The notes under the pieces: model-generated
What the model saw: only the letters and a program-made list of their open reading frames with translations
Databases searched by the model: none
Told to the model about the DNA's origin: nothing
Source of the DNA: an uncultured Planctomycetaceae bacterium
GTDB taxonomy: Bacteria; Planctomycetota; Planctomycetia; Pirellulales; PALSA-1355
DNA: 64,000 nucleotides
Direction: 5' to 3'
NCBI GenBank assembly: GCA_963785305.1
Contig: CAWAUV010000009.1
Coordinates: 64,001 to 128,000 of the forward strand
Part shown: positions 53,089 to 64,000 of the stretch, piece after piece
How positions within the stretch are numbered: position 1 is the stretch's first letter
Layout: each line of letters starts with the position of its first letter
Made by a program: the position numbers and the translations under genes

Positions 53089-56074
53089 TCAAGTCTCCTG
53101 CGTCGCGGGGGCTTCCTGGGCGGGCGTCGCCGGCGGCGACTCGGGAACCGCGGGAGTTTCGGTGTTCAAGTCGGTCGCGTGCGAGCCATGTCGACGCGGC
53201 CCCCGATGCGGGTGTTCATCACTATCACCGGCCGGTCCACCGCAATCGACGGAACCGCGCTCGCCACGCCGCCATTCCTCGTCGCGAGCCTCGGGCGCCG
53301 AAGCCGACAATGCCGCACGATTCTCGAAACCATGCGCCTCGGGGCCATGACCCTCGGAACCATGACCCTCGGAACCATGACCCTCGGGGCCGCGGTGACC
53401 ATGCGGGCCGCCGCGCGGCGGAAAGCCCTCGCGCGGGAACTTGCCCTTAAACGGTTCGCCTGTCAATTCTTTCCAACGAAGCTCTTGTTCGTCGTTCAGC
53501 ACGTCGCGAACCTGATTCCAGGCCGCTTGCCATGAGTCTTTGACCGATTGCCAATCTTCCGGGCGAACCTCGCCCGACTCGAACCGAGCCGCGATCAGGT
53601 CGCGAGTGTTGCGCTCCAAGGGGCGGATGCGTTCGATCTGTTCGCTCGACAGGCCAAGTGCCCGGGCCACTTCCGGATCGTTGAAGGCATGCATTCCGCG
53701 CTGCTGGAGCGCGATCTGCCCAAGCCGGCGGCGCTGCTCGGGCCGCAAGAGCGATGCCGGCGCCGCCTCTTGACTGCTAAGCTCTTCGAATTTGACTCGC
53801 CATTCCTCGGGCGTGAGCCCCTTGAGATCATGAAACGCGCGGCGGCGCTATCCCACAGGCGCGATATCTCGCGCGCCTGGGGCTCGTCGAGCCCGAGATC
53901 GTCTTGCACCGATTTTTGGTTGAGCAGATTGAGCTCACGTCCGCCGCGGAGAGCGTCGAACCGGGTGTAGATGTTGGCAAGACCATTTTGCACGTCGGTG
54001 GCGGCGGGATGCTTGAGCATCAGCTTTTCTTGAATCTGCTTGGCTCGCTCGAGCGCGGCGATGGCGTCGGCTCGCGAGCTGCCGATTTCGGCGAGAATCT
54101 CCCCCACGCGCAGATGACTGGCCGCGAGTTGCGATTCGAGCGAAGGCTCATTCGAGCCATCGGCGATAAAGCCTTGATAGTAGTCGAGCGCGGCGGCGAG
54201 CATCATGCGCCGGAGCCCTTGCAATTCCGCTTTGTCGGCGAGCTCTTCCTCGCTCACTTCGGTGAAGAAGTCCACGATCTGTCGCGCCTGGCGAAATGCC
54301 TTTTCCGCCCGCTCGCGCTGATGCGCCTCGGCCTCGTAAGCCGCTTGAGTTTTGGTTTGCGCCTCGGCCAAACGATCGTACGCGGCTTTAGTTTTCCATT
54401 GCTCGCGCGCCACCAGCGCCGTGCTGACGCCGAGACCGAGACTTGCCACGGCCAGAAGCGCCACCACGCTCGCCACCAAGCCGCGATGCCGCCGCAACCA
54501 ACGCGCCGCGAGTTCGGCGGCCGCCGGCGGACGCGCGGTGATCGGGCGATGTTCGAGAAATCGCGACAGGTCGTCGGCCATGTCCTTGGCCGTGGCGTAG
54601 CGACGCTGCGGCTCCTTGGCCAGCGCCTTGAGCACAATGGTTTCCAAGTCGACCGGAATTGCCTTGTTGATCTGCCGCGGCGGAGTCGGCTCGTTTTCGG
54701 CGATCTCGCGGAGCATCGCATGCCGGTCCGGCGCGTCGAAGGCCGGACGCAGTGTCAGGAGTTCGTAGAGCGTGGCCCCCAATGAATAAATATCCGACCG
54801 ATGATCGACCAATCCGCGCCGCGCAAGGTTTGCTCGGGACTCATATAGCGGAGCGTGCCGACCAGATCGCCGGTGAAGGTGAGTCGGCTATCGCCTTGCA
54901 ATTGAGCCAAGCCAAAGTCGGCCACGAACACCGTGGCCTCATCGCCCACCAGCAGATTCGCGGGCTTGATATCGCGATGCACCACTCCCATGCCGTGGGC
55001 GTATTCAAGCGCTTCGGCCGCTTGCATGCCCAGCGCCGCCACCGAGCGAAAAAAACCACGGCTATGAATCGACTGCAACGTGGCCGCTTCGCCCGCCAGA
55101 AGCGTGGTCGTTTCGCGGGCCGTGCGCGACGTTCGCTCGGGCGCCGCCGCGGCTGCATCGGCCGCCGCGGCGTCGGGCGAACCGCCAGCTCCGGGAGCTT
55201 TGCCGTCCGCGGCTCGCGCTCCGGGCGGCTGAGCGCGATGGCGCTCCTCGAGGCCCGAGATCACCTCGGCCAAGCTGCGGCCCTGGATGAACTGCATGGC
55301 ATAGTAGTACACGCCGCGCTCGCAGCCCACGGAATAGATCGGCACAATGTTCGAGTGATGCAAATGGGCCGCGGCCTGGGCTTCCATGCGAAATCGCTGC
55401 AACTGCCGCGAGTCGAGCGCCGCCGCCAAAGGCAACACCTTCAGCGCCACGCGGCGACCGAGCGATACCTGCTGGGCCTCGTAAACGACCCCCATGCCGC
55501 CTCGCCCCACCTCGCGAATTAAACGAAAATCGCCAAGTTGCCCCGCGAACGCTGGCCCCGAAACACCCAAGCCATCTCGCGGCCAAGAATCGCCGGCGCG
55601 GCCCTCGCCGGGCGAGCGAATCACATCCGAGGAATCGTCGCCACCGAACGACGCCGCCCGATCGCCACCAAGATGCAATCGCTCGGTTCGCGCGAAGCCG
55701 CGATGATCGCCACCGCGCGCCGCGCGACTCGCGGCCCCGCCCACGGCCAACATCGCCGGCAGCAGATCCTTGAGCACGGAGGCAATCCGCGGATACTGGG
55801 CGGCGAAAACATCGACCTTCGGATCGGCCCCGGCTTGCACCAGTTCCAAAAAAGCGTCGGTGGCTTCGGCGACCAGCAACTCGTCCGAATCGTTCGGCGC
55901 CATGTCGTTCGGCGCCATGTCGTTCGGCGCCATGTCGTTCGGCGCCATGTCGTTCGGCGCCATGTCGTTCGGCGCCATGTCGTTCGGCGCCATGTCGTTC
56001 GGCGCCATGTCGTTCGGCAGGGCGTCGCCCGAAGGCGCCCAGTCTCGAGGAAATTCTTGCGATGGTTCGCTCAT
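53089..56074 (-). CDS. Membrane Ser/Thr kinase with TPR-like and Spy/CpxP-like C-terminal domains (frameshifts near 54820 and 53850)
   Basis: GRGGMGVVY, VALK, HRDIKPAN, DFG, GTLRYMSPE, then VDHRSDIYSLG in a shifted frame; TM helix; LGLSSEQ..VLNDEQ..WKELTGEPFKG. Confidence 0.85.
55890..56009 (-). repeat. 15-bp coding tandem repeat x8 (NDMAP)
   Basis: TCGTTCGGCGCCATG x8 in the kinase N-terminus. Confidence 0.95.
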
Positions 56075-56180
56075 AACCACACCCAACCACGCTTACCGTT
56101 TCCCCCCTCGGCCCATGATTGGGCGAAGGGAGCACGACGAGACTAAGCCTGACGACCGTAATCTTATAGTTGCGACCCAA

Positions 56181-56827
56181 TCAAAACTGCGATTCCGTGA
56201 ATCCCTCGCGCGTAATTGAGCATGCAACCGCAACAGAGCGCGGCCATGACGCTTGCGCGCCGCCGCTTCGTCGATATCGAGGATGTAACTCACTTCGCCA
56301 TACGATAGGTTTTCCAGACTTCGCATCAGCACGATCTCGCGGTCGTTCTCTTCGAGCGAATCGATCGCCCGCCGCACTCGCCCCGCAAGTTCATCGCGGG
56401 CAAACTGCTGGCTGGGAGTCGGATCGACACCCGGAATCTGACCGCCGCGTGGCCCGGCGCCGTCCGACGAATCGCCCGCGTCGGGAATCGTGAGTTCTCG
56501 GCGAACGCTCCGCCGCATGGCGCCAAGATGACGCCGTTCGGCCATTCGTAGTCGGTCTTCCAGTGTCTTTCGCAGCCACAGCCGAAATGGCATCGGCCGC
56601 CGCTCCAAGAAACTCGTAAACCGCCGAAATGCTTCCAACTGCGTGTCTTGCACCACATCGGCCGCATCGAGCCGGCTTCGCATGCGACCGTCCATTCGCA
56701 ATTCCACCAGCCGCTCGAGCCATTGCCGGTGTCGCACGAACAAACGGTTAAACGCGTCTTGCTCCCCGGCGCCAATCCGGCCGAGTAGCTCGAGCGTTTC
56801 CGCCGAGTCGGGTTTGATATTGGCCAT
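56181..56827 (-). CDS. ECF-family RNA polymerase sigma factor (indel near the 3' end)
   Basis: AFNRLF, RLDAADVVQDT, FRLWLR, TPSQ, LEENDREIVLMRSLENLSYGEV, RHGRALLRL; likely true end EGFTESQF* at 56181. Confidence 0.9.
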
Positions 56828-57102
56828 CCGCTAGGTCCCCATGGAAGAATACCTGCGAAATGCGGAACCGTTGTGACCCGAAAAAAAAGAGCATCCGGCA
56901 TATGCAGTGCTACGCGACCACGGCCGATCCCACGTCCTCGAACGGAGTCGAGCCGCGTAAATCATTATGTCGCACGGAGAAACAACAAACCAGCCTCCCG
57001 TTCGCGAGACATCGCGGGGGGACGGGACGAGACTTTCCTCGCGCCCCAATGGCACAGCTTGCTGCTGGCAAATAGTTGAGCCAAAAAGGCCGCCGGTCGC
57101 CA

Positions 57103-57132
57103 TTGACATGCCATGCGAACCCTGGCTAGAGT
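57103..57132 (+). promoter_or_regulatory. sigma70-like promoter
   Basis: TTGACA, 18 bp spacer, TAGAGT. Confidence 0.45.
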
Positions 57133-57401
57133 CGCGACGCGAACCGCTCCGCCAGAGCCGGCCTTTCGCGGGGCGGCGCCGCCGCGCCGGGCGCCCCTCG
57201 TCTTGGCTGCGCGTGGATTCTATACTCCACGGGCGCGCGATTCCGCCCGAGGCGCGATCGATCGCCTTTCCCCCAGTGAAGGGCCATGTCGATCGAATGT
57301 TTGCCGGGGCGGAAATTCGAGCGGAAGGATTCGCCAACACGGCTCCTGCTCCTCGACAACCAGGTGTCGCTAGCTCTCAAGCGGAGAACCACGGAAAGCC
57401 C

Positions 57402-58166
57402 ATGAATCGCATTCGAAAACTGTTCGACGAGCTCGATGGCGCGGCGTTTGGTTCCTCGATGTTCGAGGGGGCGCCGCCCTCGAACGTGGGCCAAGACATC
57501 GGCCTCGCGCTGTTTTCTCCGCTGCACTACGAACCCAATTATGCCTACCCGCTGGTCGTATGGCTGCACGGGCCAGGCGACGACGAGCGACAGCTACGCA
57601 CCGTGATGCCGCTGGTCAGCATGCGCAACTATGTGGGCGCCGCGGTGCGTGGCACGGCGCCGCTTGGCCCGCCGGGCGCCGGCTTTGCATGGCTCCAATC
57701 CGAGCCGCATATTCGGCTGGCCGAGGAACGGGTTCTCGCCGCGGTGGCCGCCGCCGGGCAGCGATTCAATGTGGCGCCCTCGCGCGTGTTTCTCGCGGGC
57801 TTCGATTGCGGCGGCACCATGGCGCTGCGAGTCGCGTGTCAGAATCCCGATCGGTTTGCCGGAGTGCTAAGCATGGGCGGCGAGTTTCCGCTCGGCCATG
57901 CGCCCTTGAGCCGGCTCGCCGAAGTGCGCCGGCTGGCGGTGCTCCTGGCCACGGGCCGCGACAGCGATCGCTATCCGCCGGAGCGAGTTTGCGAAAATCT
58001 GCGGCTCTACTACGCCGCCGGCATGTCGATCCATCTGCGGCAATACCCGGTCGGCCAAGACCTGACCACCGAAATGCTGGCCGACATGGACCGCTGGATC
58101 ATGGAGCAAATCGCCTCGCCCACGACCGCCGGCAGCTTTCTCGACAATGTGTCGCGAGAGCTGTGA
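57402..58166 (+). CDS. Alpha/beta-hydrolase fold protein (phospholipase/carboxylesterase-like), non-canonical catalytic sites
   Basis: YPLVVWLHG, RVFLAGFDCGGTMA, PDRFAG, GRDSDRYP, YPVGQDL. Confidence 0.75.
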   Translation: MNRIRKLFDELDGAAFGSSMFEGAPPSNVGQDIGLALFSPLHYEPNYAYPLVVWLHGPGDDERQLRTVMPLVSMRNYVGAAVRGTAPLGPPGAGFAWLQSEPHIRLAEERVLAAVAAAGQRFNVAPSRVFLAGFDCGGTMALRVACQNPDRFAGVLSMGGEFPLGHAPLSRLAEVRRLAVLLATGRDSDRYPPERVCENLRLYYAAGMSIHLRQYPVGQDLTTEMLADMDRWIMEQIASPTTAGSFLDNVSREL

Positions 58167-58274
58167 GGATTGAGGCTGGGCGAGCGAAATCAGAAAAACA
58201 AGCGGCCCTGGCAGGCGGAGATTGTCCGCCCGCCAGGGCCGCTGTGCGAATATTGGCGCGTTCGTCGCTCGCGA

Positions 58275-58934
58275 TCATTCCTCGTGCGTTTCGGGTACTG
58301 CGTGTATCTCGTGGTTCAACCGGAGATTCGCCAAATGCTCGGCGACAAACCAGACTTGGGTTTCGTTCGTGCGCACCACATCGCTGATCAAGAGGTCGTT
58401 GGTGCCGTCGTCGCCCGAGTCGGTCGCTTTTTTGGCGGCCTTGCGTGATTCCTTGAGCACCAACTCATGGGCCTGTAGGAGCCGCGAGATTTGCGTGCGC
58501 GGCTCTTCGCGGTCGCGCGGCGGACGCTCGAGCCGCGTCATTTCGGCAACGTCGTGGGCCATCGCCACCGCCACGCCGCCCAGGGTTTGAATCCGCTCGG
58601 CGATTTCGTCGACGAGTTCGGATTGTTCGCCAGCATGCTTGTCGAACAGCAGATGCAACTGGTAGAAGGTCGGCCCCGCCACTTGCCAGTGATGCTTCTT
58701 GTAAAGATCACGGAGGCTGATCGTGTCGGCCAATATCTGATTGAGGGCCGCAACGCTTTCGCGGCGGGCGTCGGCGCTAAGTCCCAGCGGCAAGTCGATC
58801 AGCTCGCCAAACGCCTGAATCGTGACGGGCGATTGTTCAAGGCACGGCTGAGCGGCCGAGTGGTCGTGTCCATTGTGCTTCGCATGATTCTTGGCATGCG
58901 ACGATGAATGGCCGACCTTCGTGGATGTTGTCAT
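58275..58934 (-). CDS. dps: DNA-binding ferritin-like protein Dps
   Basis: YKKHHWQVAGPTFYQLHLLFD, DEIAERIQTLGG, DDGTNDLL, QVWF. Confidence 0.93.
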   Translation of the reverse strand: MTTSTKVGHSSSHAKNHAKHNGHDHSAAQPCLEQSPVTIQAFGELIDLPLGLSADARRESVAALNQILADTISLRDLYKKHHWQVAGPTFYQLHLLFDKHAGEQSELVDEIAERIQTLGGVAVAMAHDVAEMTRLERPPRDREEPRTQISRLLQAHELVLKESRKAAKKATDSGDDGTNDLLISDVVRTNETQVWFVAEHLANLRLNHEIHAVPETHEE

Positions 58935-59267
58935 GGTTGAAACTCCTTCATGAGGCGTCGGGGGGAATAGGTCTGAAAGTATCCGTGGATTCGGGAATCG
59001 TGGATTCGGGAATCGTGAAGTGCGGTCGCCAACGAGTGATTCACAAAACTTACGGCTCCTTGTCGAAGGGCGCGTGGCGCCGCTTCCGAGGCACGCCATT
59101 GTTCGCCTCTGCGGGGCGCAAGGCAAGCGCTACGCGGCGCAAGTCGCACGCGGGGGCAAAGTTCGAGACGAACCGGAAACATGCTCGCCATTTGCGAGAG
59201 CGCGACATTCACTTTGCATGTGCCGCGGCCGAGACTGCCGAACGCCGTCGAACGCCGCCATCCGACC

Positions 59268-60176
59268 CTATCGGCCGCGATTGCGCAAACTGCGCTGATT
59301 GAGATAGTCCACGAACACTTCGCCCATGTCGCGGCTGGTGTCGACCAGAACTCGCTCGACGCGATTGTGCCGACACATTTCGTCGAACCGGGTATTGAAC
59401 CGCTCGAGGGCCCGCAAGTAGCCGGCGCGCAATTCCTCGGGCTGCGTGAGCAGTTCCTGGGGCAGTTCGAGGCCGACGAACTTAATCATGCCGTCGAATT
59501 CGAAGGCCAGTTCATCGTGGTGCATGACCTGAAACAGCACCACTTCGTGCTTTTGATATCGCATGCGCTGCAGGGCGGATTCGAGCCGATCGAGATCGGT
59601 GAAGAAATCGCTGAACACCATCACGATCTCGCGGCGGCCCATGCGGCCGGCCAGTTCGGAGAGGCATTCGGCCATGCGCGTTTTTTGCACTGGCGCGATC
59701 GTGTCGAGATGTTCGGTCATGCGCACGATTTGGCCGAGCGAATTGCTCGGCGGCACGACTCCCAGCACCCGCTCGTCGAACGTGGCCAGCGACACCTTGT
59801 CGCTTTGGCGGACGATCGAATAGCCGAGCGTGGTGGCCATTTGCGCGGCATACAGCATTTTTTGGCGCCGGTCGGCGCCATAGCGCATCGACGCGCTCAC
59901 GTCCAGAATCAAATGGCAGACGAAATTCGTCTCCATTTCGTATTGCTTGATGAAATACTTGTCGCGGGTGAAATACACGCGCCAGTCGATGTGCTTCGGA
60001 TCGTCGCCCGGCACATATTCGCGGTGCCCGGCAAATTCGACGGCAAAGCCCGAGAGCGGGCTTTTGTGAGCGCCGGCCAAATTGCCGAGCACCAAGCCCC
60101 GCGGCTCGATGTGTCGATCGGCCATGCGGCTGAGCGTTTCCGGATTCAGATAGCGAGACAACACGCTTTTGACCAC
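59268..60176 (-). CDS. DUF58 domain protein
   Basis: GAHKSP..G..VEFAGHREYVPGDD..HIDW, LDVSASM, SDF. Confidence 0.9.
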   Translation of the reverse strand: MVKSVLSRYLNPETLSRMADRHIEPRGLVLGNLAGAHKSPLSGFAVEFAGHREYVPGDDPKHIDWRVYFTRDKYFIKQYEMETNFVCHLILDVSASMRYGADRRQKMLYAAQMATTLGYSIVRQSDKVSLATFDERVLGVVPPSNSLGQIVRMTEHLDTIAPVQKTRMAECLSELAGRMGRREIVMVFSDFFTDLDRLESALQRMRYQKHEVVLFQVMHHDELAFEFDGMIKFVGLELPQELLTQPEELRAGYLRALERFNTRFDEMCRHNRVERVLVDTSRDMGEVFVDYLNQRSLRNRGR

Positions 60177-60235
60177 GAATCACCCTCCAGCAAAACAGAG
60201 CGCCTTGACGCTCCGTTAAATATTTCCACGGGTTG

Positions 60236-61264
60236 TCACGCGGCCGGTTTCTCGTATTTCTTGTCGGCTGGCACGGCCGCGAGCAACATGTCGATAAGCT
60301 GCTCGCTGCCGACGCCCGACGCCTGGGCCGCATAGTTGCTCGCCAGCCGGTGCCGCAGCGCCGGCTTGATCACGGCTTGCACATCGCCCACCGTGGCATG
60401 GTAGCGACCATAGAGAATCGCGCGGGCCTTGGCGGCCGTGACCAGCGTGAGCACGCCGCGCGGACCGGCGCCCCAACTGACCCATTTGTTCACGAACTCG
60501 GGCGCTTCGGCCGATCCCGGCCGCGACGACCGCACGATCGCCCAGGCATAGCCCAGCACCTGGTCGCTCACCGGCACTCGGGCCACGAGCTTTTGGAACT
60601 CGATGATTTCCTCGCCGCCGATCACCGGCGAAATCTTGCCCATCAGGCCGGTGGTCACGCGGCGCGCGATCTCCCATTCCTCGGCGCCGCTCGGATAGTC
60701 CACCTTGATATGCAAGAGAAACCGATCGAGTTGGGCTTCGGGCAGCGGATAGGTGCCTTCTTGCTCGAGCGGGTTCTGCGTGGCGAGCACGAAAAACGGC
60801 GCCGGCAGCCGATGCGTCGTGCCACCCGCGCTCACTTGCCGCTCTTGCATCGCCTCGAGCATGGCGGCTTGCGTCTTGGGCGGAGTGCGATTGATTTCGT
60901 CGGCCAAGATAATGTTGGCAAACAGCGGGCCGGGTAAGAACTTGTATTCCCGGGCGCCCGTGGCGAGATTTTCCTGGATCACTTCGGTGCCGGTCACGTC
61001 CGACGGCATGAGGTCGGGCGTGAATTGGATGCGCTTGAAGCTCATGTGCATCGATTCGGCCAAGCTGCTCACCAGCAAGGTTTTGGCGAGACCCGGCACT
61101 CCCTCGAGCAACGCATGGCCGCGCCCGAACACCGCGATCAGCACCTGCTCGATCACTTCTTCCTGGCCGACGATCACCTTCGAGAGCTCGTCGCGAATTC
61201 GGTTGTAGGCTTTTTCACACCGCTGCACGGCGGCGACATCATCGGGCGAGGCGGTCTCGTTCAT
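60236..61264 (-). CDS. MoxR-family AAA+ ATPase
   Basis: LEGVPGLAKT, RIQFTPDLMPSD, ADEINRTPPKTQAAMLEAMQE, ATQNPLEQEGTYPLPEAQLDRF. Confidence 0.95.
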   Translation of the reverse strand: MNETASPDDVAAVQRCEKAYNRIRDELSKVIVGQEEVIEQVLIAVFGRGHALLEGVPGLAKTLLVSSLAESMHMSFKRIQFTPDLMPSDVTGTEVIQENLATGAREYKFLPGPLFANIILADEINRTPPKTQAAMLEAMQERQVSAGGTTHRLPAPFFVLATQNPLEQEGTYPLPEAQLDRFLLHIKVDYPSGAEEWEIARRVTTGLMGKISPVIGGEEIIEFQKLVARVPVSDQVLGYAWAIVRSSRPGSAEAPEFVNKWVSWGAGPRGVLTLVTAAKARAILYGRYHATVGDVQAVIKPALRHRLASNYAAQASGVGSEQLIDMLLAAVPADKKYEKPAA

Positions 61265-61369
61265 GGTCGTTTTCTCCAGGATAGGTCAATCGAGCGGTTC
61301 GTTGTTCGGAGCGGTCGGCGGCAAAGTTCGATCCGCGAGACTTTCCGCCGCCGGGCCGAGGATAGGAGG

Positions 61370-64000
61370 TCAGTCGAGATTTTCGAAATAGCGTTGCAGG
61401 CGATCTTCGTAACCGCGCGGGCGCGGCGCTGGCTCTTGGCGCGAATCGCCTTGCGCAGCTCGGGCGGAAGCTTGGCCACCCAGGGGTCTTCCTTGAGATT
61501 GCGCTTCGCGGGGTCGGCTTCATGCTTGTCGACGGTTTGCGCGATCGGCGCCGGGCGGCGGGCCCTCTTGTTTTTGGGCCGAGCCGGCGGCGGTCGGATC
61601 GTTCTGGGCTTCGCTGCCTTTTTCAGAGCTCGCGCCGCCCGAGGGGCTGCTCGAGGTCGCGCCCTTGTGGGGCGAGCCTTTATGCGGTTCCCCGGGTTGC
61701 CCGGGTTCGTGGGAACCGGACTCGGCCTGACCCTCGGCGGGTTGGCCTTGGCCCTGGTGCGGTTGACCGTCGTGGCCTTTTTGGCCGGCTTGACCTTCGT
61801 GGCCTTTGCCCGACTCGCCTTGAGGCTCGCCGGCGCCTTCGCCCGACTCGCTTTCACCGGCGGCGGCCTCGGCGGCGGCGACCATCGCGGCGGCGTTCAT
61901 CGCCGCTTCGCCCGCGATCTGGGCGGCGGTCACATCGGGCGAATTGGGCACGAGACCGGTCCCGAGATTGGCGTCGGGCGGAGCGGCATCGGCCATGCCC
62001 TCGGCCGAGCCCGTGGGCGGATCGCCTTGGCCGGCGTCCAAGGGCGCATCGCCCCCCCGCGGCGAGTCGGCGCCGTCTACATTGGCAGCGCTAGCGTCGG
62101 CGGGTGGAGTCGCGTTGTTCGCGTCGGCGGGCGGCGCGGCGGGATGTTCTGCCGCGCCTCGCGGCGCCGGTTTGGCGGCCGCTTCGTTGCGCGCGGCCGC
62201 GGGATGCGCGGGATCGCGATGGGCGGCATCGGCCGCCGGCATCGACTGGTCGCCCGGCGGATCGGGATGCACGCCGAGGTTCGACGCCAACTCGAGCGCC
62301 TCGCGGAGCGGCTTGTTGGCCACTTCATCTTGATGGGCGATTTCAGCGGCGCCTTCGCCGGTTGCTCGCTGGGCATCGGCGAATCGCTCGGTCGCCTGTT
62401 GCAGGCCCTTGGCGGCCTCGGCCTGGGCCGGAGTGGGCGCTTCCTTGGCGGGCGGCGAATCCTTTTCGGCCGGCTCGTGTTTTCCGGGTTTCTCGTTATT
62501 GGGCTTTTGGGCCGCTTGCGCTTCCTGGCTGGCCTTCGCGAGCGCTTCGCTCTTGGCCACGATCGCGTCGCGAGCCGATTGCTGCTCCTGGGCCAAGTGG
62601 GCAAGCGCTTCGGCGATGGCTTTGTCGTGCGCCAATTCTTGTTGCCGGGCGGCAAGGCTTGCGGCGGCTCGTTCTTCACCCCGCTCGACTCCGCGCTCGG
62701 CTTCGGCCGCTTGCGCCGCGGTGGGCGGCGCATATTCGGCGCCTTCGGCCGCTTGCTGGGCCGCTTCCAGGGCGGCGCCGGCGCCTGGATCGATCGGCGC
62801 GGCTTGGTCGGCCATTTCCCCCGCTTTTTTCGCGGCGGCGGCCAGTTGGGCGGCTTCTTCGCGCGCCGTGGATTCGATCGCTTGCCGGAGCGCTTTATTG
62901 GCTTTTTCGAGCGCTTTGGTCGTGGCCTGCCGCGAGGCTTTTGCCTCTTCGGCGGCGCCGGCTTCGAGTTGGGCGGCGGCCTGGGTGGCGTCGGCGGCGG
63001 CTTCGCCCGCGGCTTCGGCGGCGGCGGGCGCGTCGCCATGCGCCATTTCGGCCGCTTCGTGACTCATCTGCGCCACGCGCTGTTCGGCGGCGGCGTCGGG
63101 CGCACCGGCCGGTTGGGCGGCGGCTTCGCGCGCGGCGGTTTCCGCGTCATGCCGAGCTTGGGCGAGCGCTTCGCTCGCCGCTTGCCGCTGGGCGTCGGCC
63201 GCGGCGGCGTTGCCCCGAATCGCCTCGCGCGCGGCCTCGCTGGCGGCTTGCTGGGCCTTTTCCAGCGCATGGGCCGCTTGCTCGAGACCGGGGGCCGGCT
63301 TGCTGGCGGCGGCAAGCTCGGCGGCTCGATCGGCGATCTTTTGCTCGGCCGCGGCCGATTCCGCGCCGCCGGCGGCGCTGCCGGCCATGGCGTCGGCGGC
63401 TTGATCCACGGCGGCTTGTTCGCCCATCGCGGCGCCGATCTCGCGAGCCAAGTCTTCGGCGGCGGCGGCCTGAGGATGGCCCGCGGCGCGCTGCTGCTCG
63501 GCGTGGGCTTGCTGCACCTTCTGCTGGGCTTCGGCGAGCCGCTGGAGCTTTTCGGCTCGCGAGTCGGCTTGGTGGGCGAGCGCGGCCTCGACCGCTTCAC
63601 GCGCATTGGCGGCGTCGTTCATTTGCCGCTCGCTCACTTTGGCAAGCTCCTCGGCCGCGTGGCCCACATCGGCTCGAAGCTGCTGGGCGGCTTTGGCCAA
63701 GGTGTCGGCGGCGGTCCGCGCGTCGTGGGCCGCTTTGTCGGCGGCGGTCTTCGCGGTGGCTTGCTCGTCGGCGAGTGCATTGGCGGCCGCGGCGAGCTCA
63801 TGGGCCGCGGCGGCGAGCTGCGGCGCGGCTTTTTCGAGCGTCGCGGCGGCGTCGGGGGCGGTTTGCTTCACGCCTTCGGCCGTTTTCGCGGCGACTTCCG
63901 CGATTTGAGATTGCTCGAAGGCCATCTGCTTCGCGTCGGCCGGGGCGAGGCCCTCGTGTTGGGCGGCCTCGGCGGCTTCAGCCGCGATCTCGCGCTCGGC
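61370..64000 (-). CDS. Large Ala/Gln-rich coiled-coil protein of the MoxR operon, C-terminal part (indels near 61525 and 61420)
   Basis: Long open frame from the window end; terminal PWVAKLPPELRKAI..GYEDRLQRYFENLD recovered across frames. Confidence 0.7.

Noticed and set aside
56845..56880. Possible ECF autoregulatory promoter (minus-strand GTCACA..GGTATT)
   Set aside because: No second copy was found upstream of the neighbouring genes, so it cannot be supported from this window.
57050..57065. sigma54 promoter TGGCAC..TTGC (similar site at 2052)
   Set aside because: The GG to GC spacing does not fit -24/-12.

Overview
High-GC bacterial chromosome segment, very likely Planctomycetota (Pirellulales-like), inferred from the DUF1559 pilin-like gene, ECF sigma/Ser-Thr kinase pair, MoxR/DUF58/VWA operons and a PEP-CTERM protein. 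Core genes: feoA-feoA-feoB, beta-carbonic anhydrase, aroF, an A2-type cytochrome c oxidase cluster, purD, a Tad-like cpaF/tadB/tadC operon, tRNA-Ile(GAT), rpsB-tsf-pyrH-frr, glyA, prpB and dps. Many genes, including essential pyrH and the tRNA acceptor stem, carry single-base indels, most simply explained as long-read assembly errors. The most notable item is an ECF sigma / membrane Ser-Thr kinase / Spy-CpxP-like exported protein / exported His-Met repeat protein module (50.5-56.8 kb), in which the kinase's outer domain is a paralog of the neighbouring exported protein; it is a candidate undescribed metal or envelope stress system. Also notable: a carbonic anhydrase / kinase-UrtA fusion / bestrophin operon, an FHA-bearing Tad ATPase co-encoded with a kinase-pseudocaspase, and a mini-island (vapBC plus hsdM relic) bounded by a 166-bp duplication of the aroF 3' end. 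A REP-like palindrome cluster and Fur-like boxes are also present. Family assignments come from motif recognition only; no database searches were run.
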